From Methanobacteriota archaeon (GTDB lineage Archaea > Thermoplasmatota > Thermoplasmata > Methanomassiliicoccales > UBA472), in the NCBI GenBank assembly GCA_012729095.1, contig JAAYDU010000008.1:12252-76251 (forward strand): a stretch of 64,000 bases of DNA. The letters are read 5' to 3'. This document shows, one piece after another, positions 63,431 to 64,000 of this stretch (positions are counted from its first letter, which is position 1; each line of letters opens with the position of its first letter). The position numbers were made by a program, and so were the translations under genes. Under the pieces are notes generated by a model. The model was not told where the DNA came from, searched no databases, and saw only the letters and a list, made by a program, of their open reading frames with translations.

Positions 63431-64000
63431 TTTAACGCCGAATCAAGGTCCTGGCAGAGGTCCTCGGGGTCCTCGATGCCTACAGAAAGCCGTATCATGC
63501 CCTCCCCTATGCCAAGCCTTTCCCGTTCCTGATGGCCGTACGCAGTGTGGGACGTGTTGACGGGCATGCTTGCCAGCGATTCCACGCCGCCCAGGCTGGC
63601 CGCCTTGGCGATGATCTCGAAGCGCCTCATAGCCCTCTCCGCCGCCTGACGCCCGCCCTTCACCTCGAAGGTCACCATGCCGCCGAATCCGTCCATCTGC
63701 CTTTTGGCCAGCTCGTGGTCCGGGTGGGACCTGAGACCCGGATATATGCAATTCGAGACCTTGTCATGACCTTCCAGGAACTCCGCCACCACCCTGGCGT
63801 TGGAATCATGCTTGCGCATTCTCAGGTCCAGGGTCCTCATGCCCCTGCCCAGCAGGTACGCAGGCAACGGGTCCAGCACCCCGCCGTATATCTTCCGCCG
63901 CATGTGCACCTGCTCCATTTCCCCTTTCCCACCGGCCACGAAGCCGGCTATGACGTCCGAATGGCCGTTGAGATACTTGGTGGCGCTGTGCAGCACGATG
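63427..64000 (-). CDS. Cys/Met-metabolism PLP-dependent enzyme (cystathionine gamma-synthase, O-acetylhomoserine sulfhydrylase or methionine gamma-lyase family); C-terminal part only, gene continues past the right edge
   Basis: HSATKYLNGHSDVIAG (PLP-Lys motif), and RLSVGIEDPEDLCQDLDSAL, the family C-terminus. Confidence 0.85.
   Translation of the reverse strand, partial: IVLHSATKYLNGHSDVIAGFVAGGKGEMEQVHMRRKIYGGVLDPLPAYLLGRGMRTLDLRMRKHDSNARVVAEFLEGHDKVSNCIYPGLRSHPDHELAKRQMDGFGGMVTFEVKGGRQAAERAMRRFEIIAKAASLGGVESLASMPVNTSHTAYGHQERERLGIGEGMIRLSVGIEDPEDLCQDLDSALN

Noticed and set aside
1-64000. Search for CRISPR arrays, cas operons, transposases, integrases or prophage blocks, prompted by the CARF and Cas4-like domains.
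   Set aside because: I saw no regularly spaced direct repeats in any intergenic or low-GC stretch. No ORF has recognisable Cas1, Cas2, Cas10, transposase or integrase motifs. The only strong repeats are the intragenic 900-bp duplication in the binding-protein gene and protein-level PKD/FN3 modules.

Overview
GC-rich (by eye roughly 55-60%, not computed), gene-dense chromosomal segment from an archaeon. Archaeal markers: an initiator tRNA-Met with an A1:U72 acceptor end, NAC, a family-B DNA polymerase, MptA-type GTP cyclohydrolase, archaeal-type HGPRT, Csa3-like regulators, and TATA boxes about 25-30 nt upstream of many start codons (mostly leaderless or short-leader mRNAs). The lineage cannot be fixed from this window. 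I support about 64 protein genes and 2 tRNAs, and I saw no rRNA, CRISPR array, cas operon, transposase or prophage. Most genes are housekeeping: porGDAB, ppsA, glnA, glmS plus a glmU-like gene, glpABC-like genes, aspS, gatCAB, hisS, alaX, ade, PRTases, rnhA and rnhB, two ABC transporters, hypC, nac and an SRAP peptidase. Most interesting: (1) a Cas4-family Fe-S nuclease whose fold is interrupted by a four-helix membrane insert, directly after a TPD/CDIN1-like PD-(D/E)xK nuclease (15814-17610); (2) a three-gene operon of a P-loop-ablated RadB-like protein, a 79-aa protein and a family-B polymerase with degraded exonuclease motifs (5009-8146); (3) two tandem orphan Csa3-like CARF-wHTH regulators divergent from a 1700-aa gingipain-like surface protein, with a perfect palindrome in the shared intergenic region (36219-42746); (4) a tandem-duplicated substrate-binding protein with near-100% identical DNA tracts inside otherwise diverged halves; (5) three single-nucleotide frame breaks in otherwise intact conserved genes (giant adhesin, ppsA, mptA), which are either assembly indels or real gene decay. 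Most other long ORFs in the track are antisense or out-of-frame shadows typical of GC-rich DNA.
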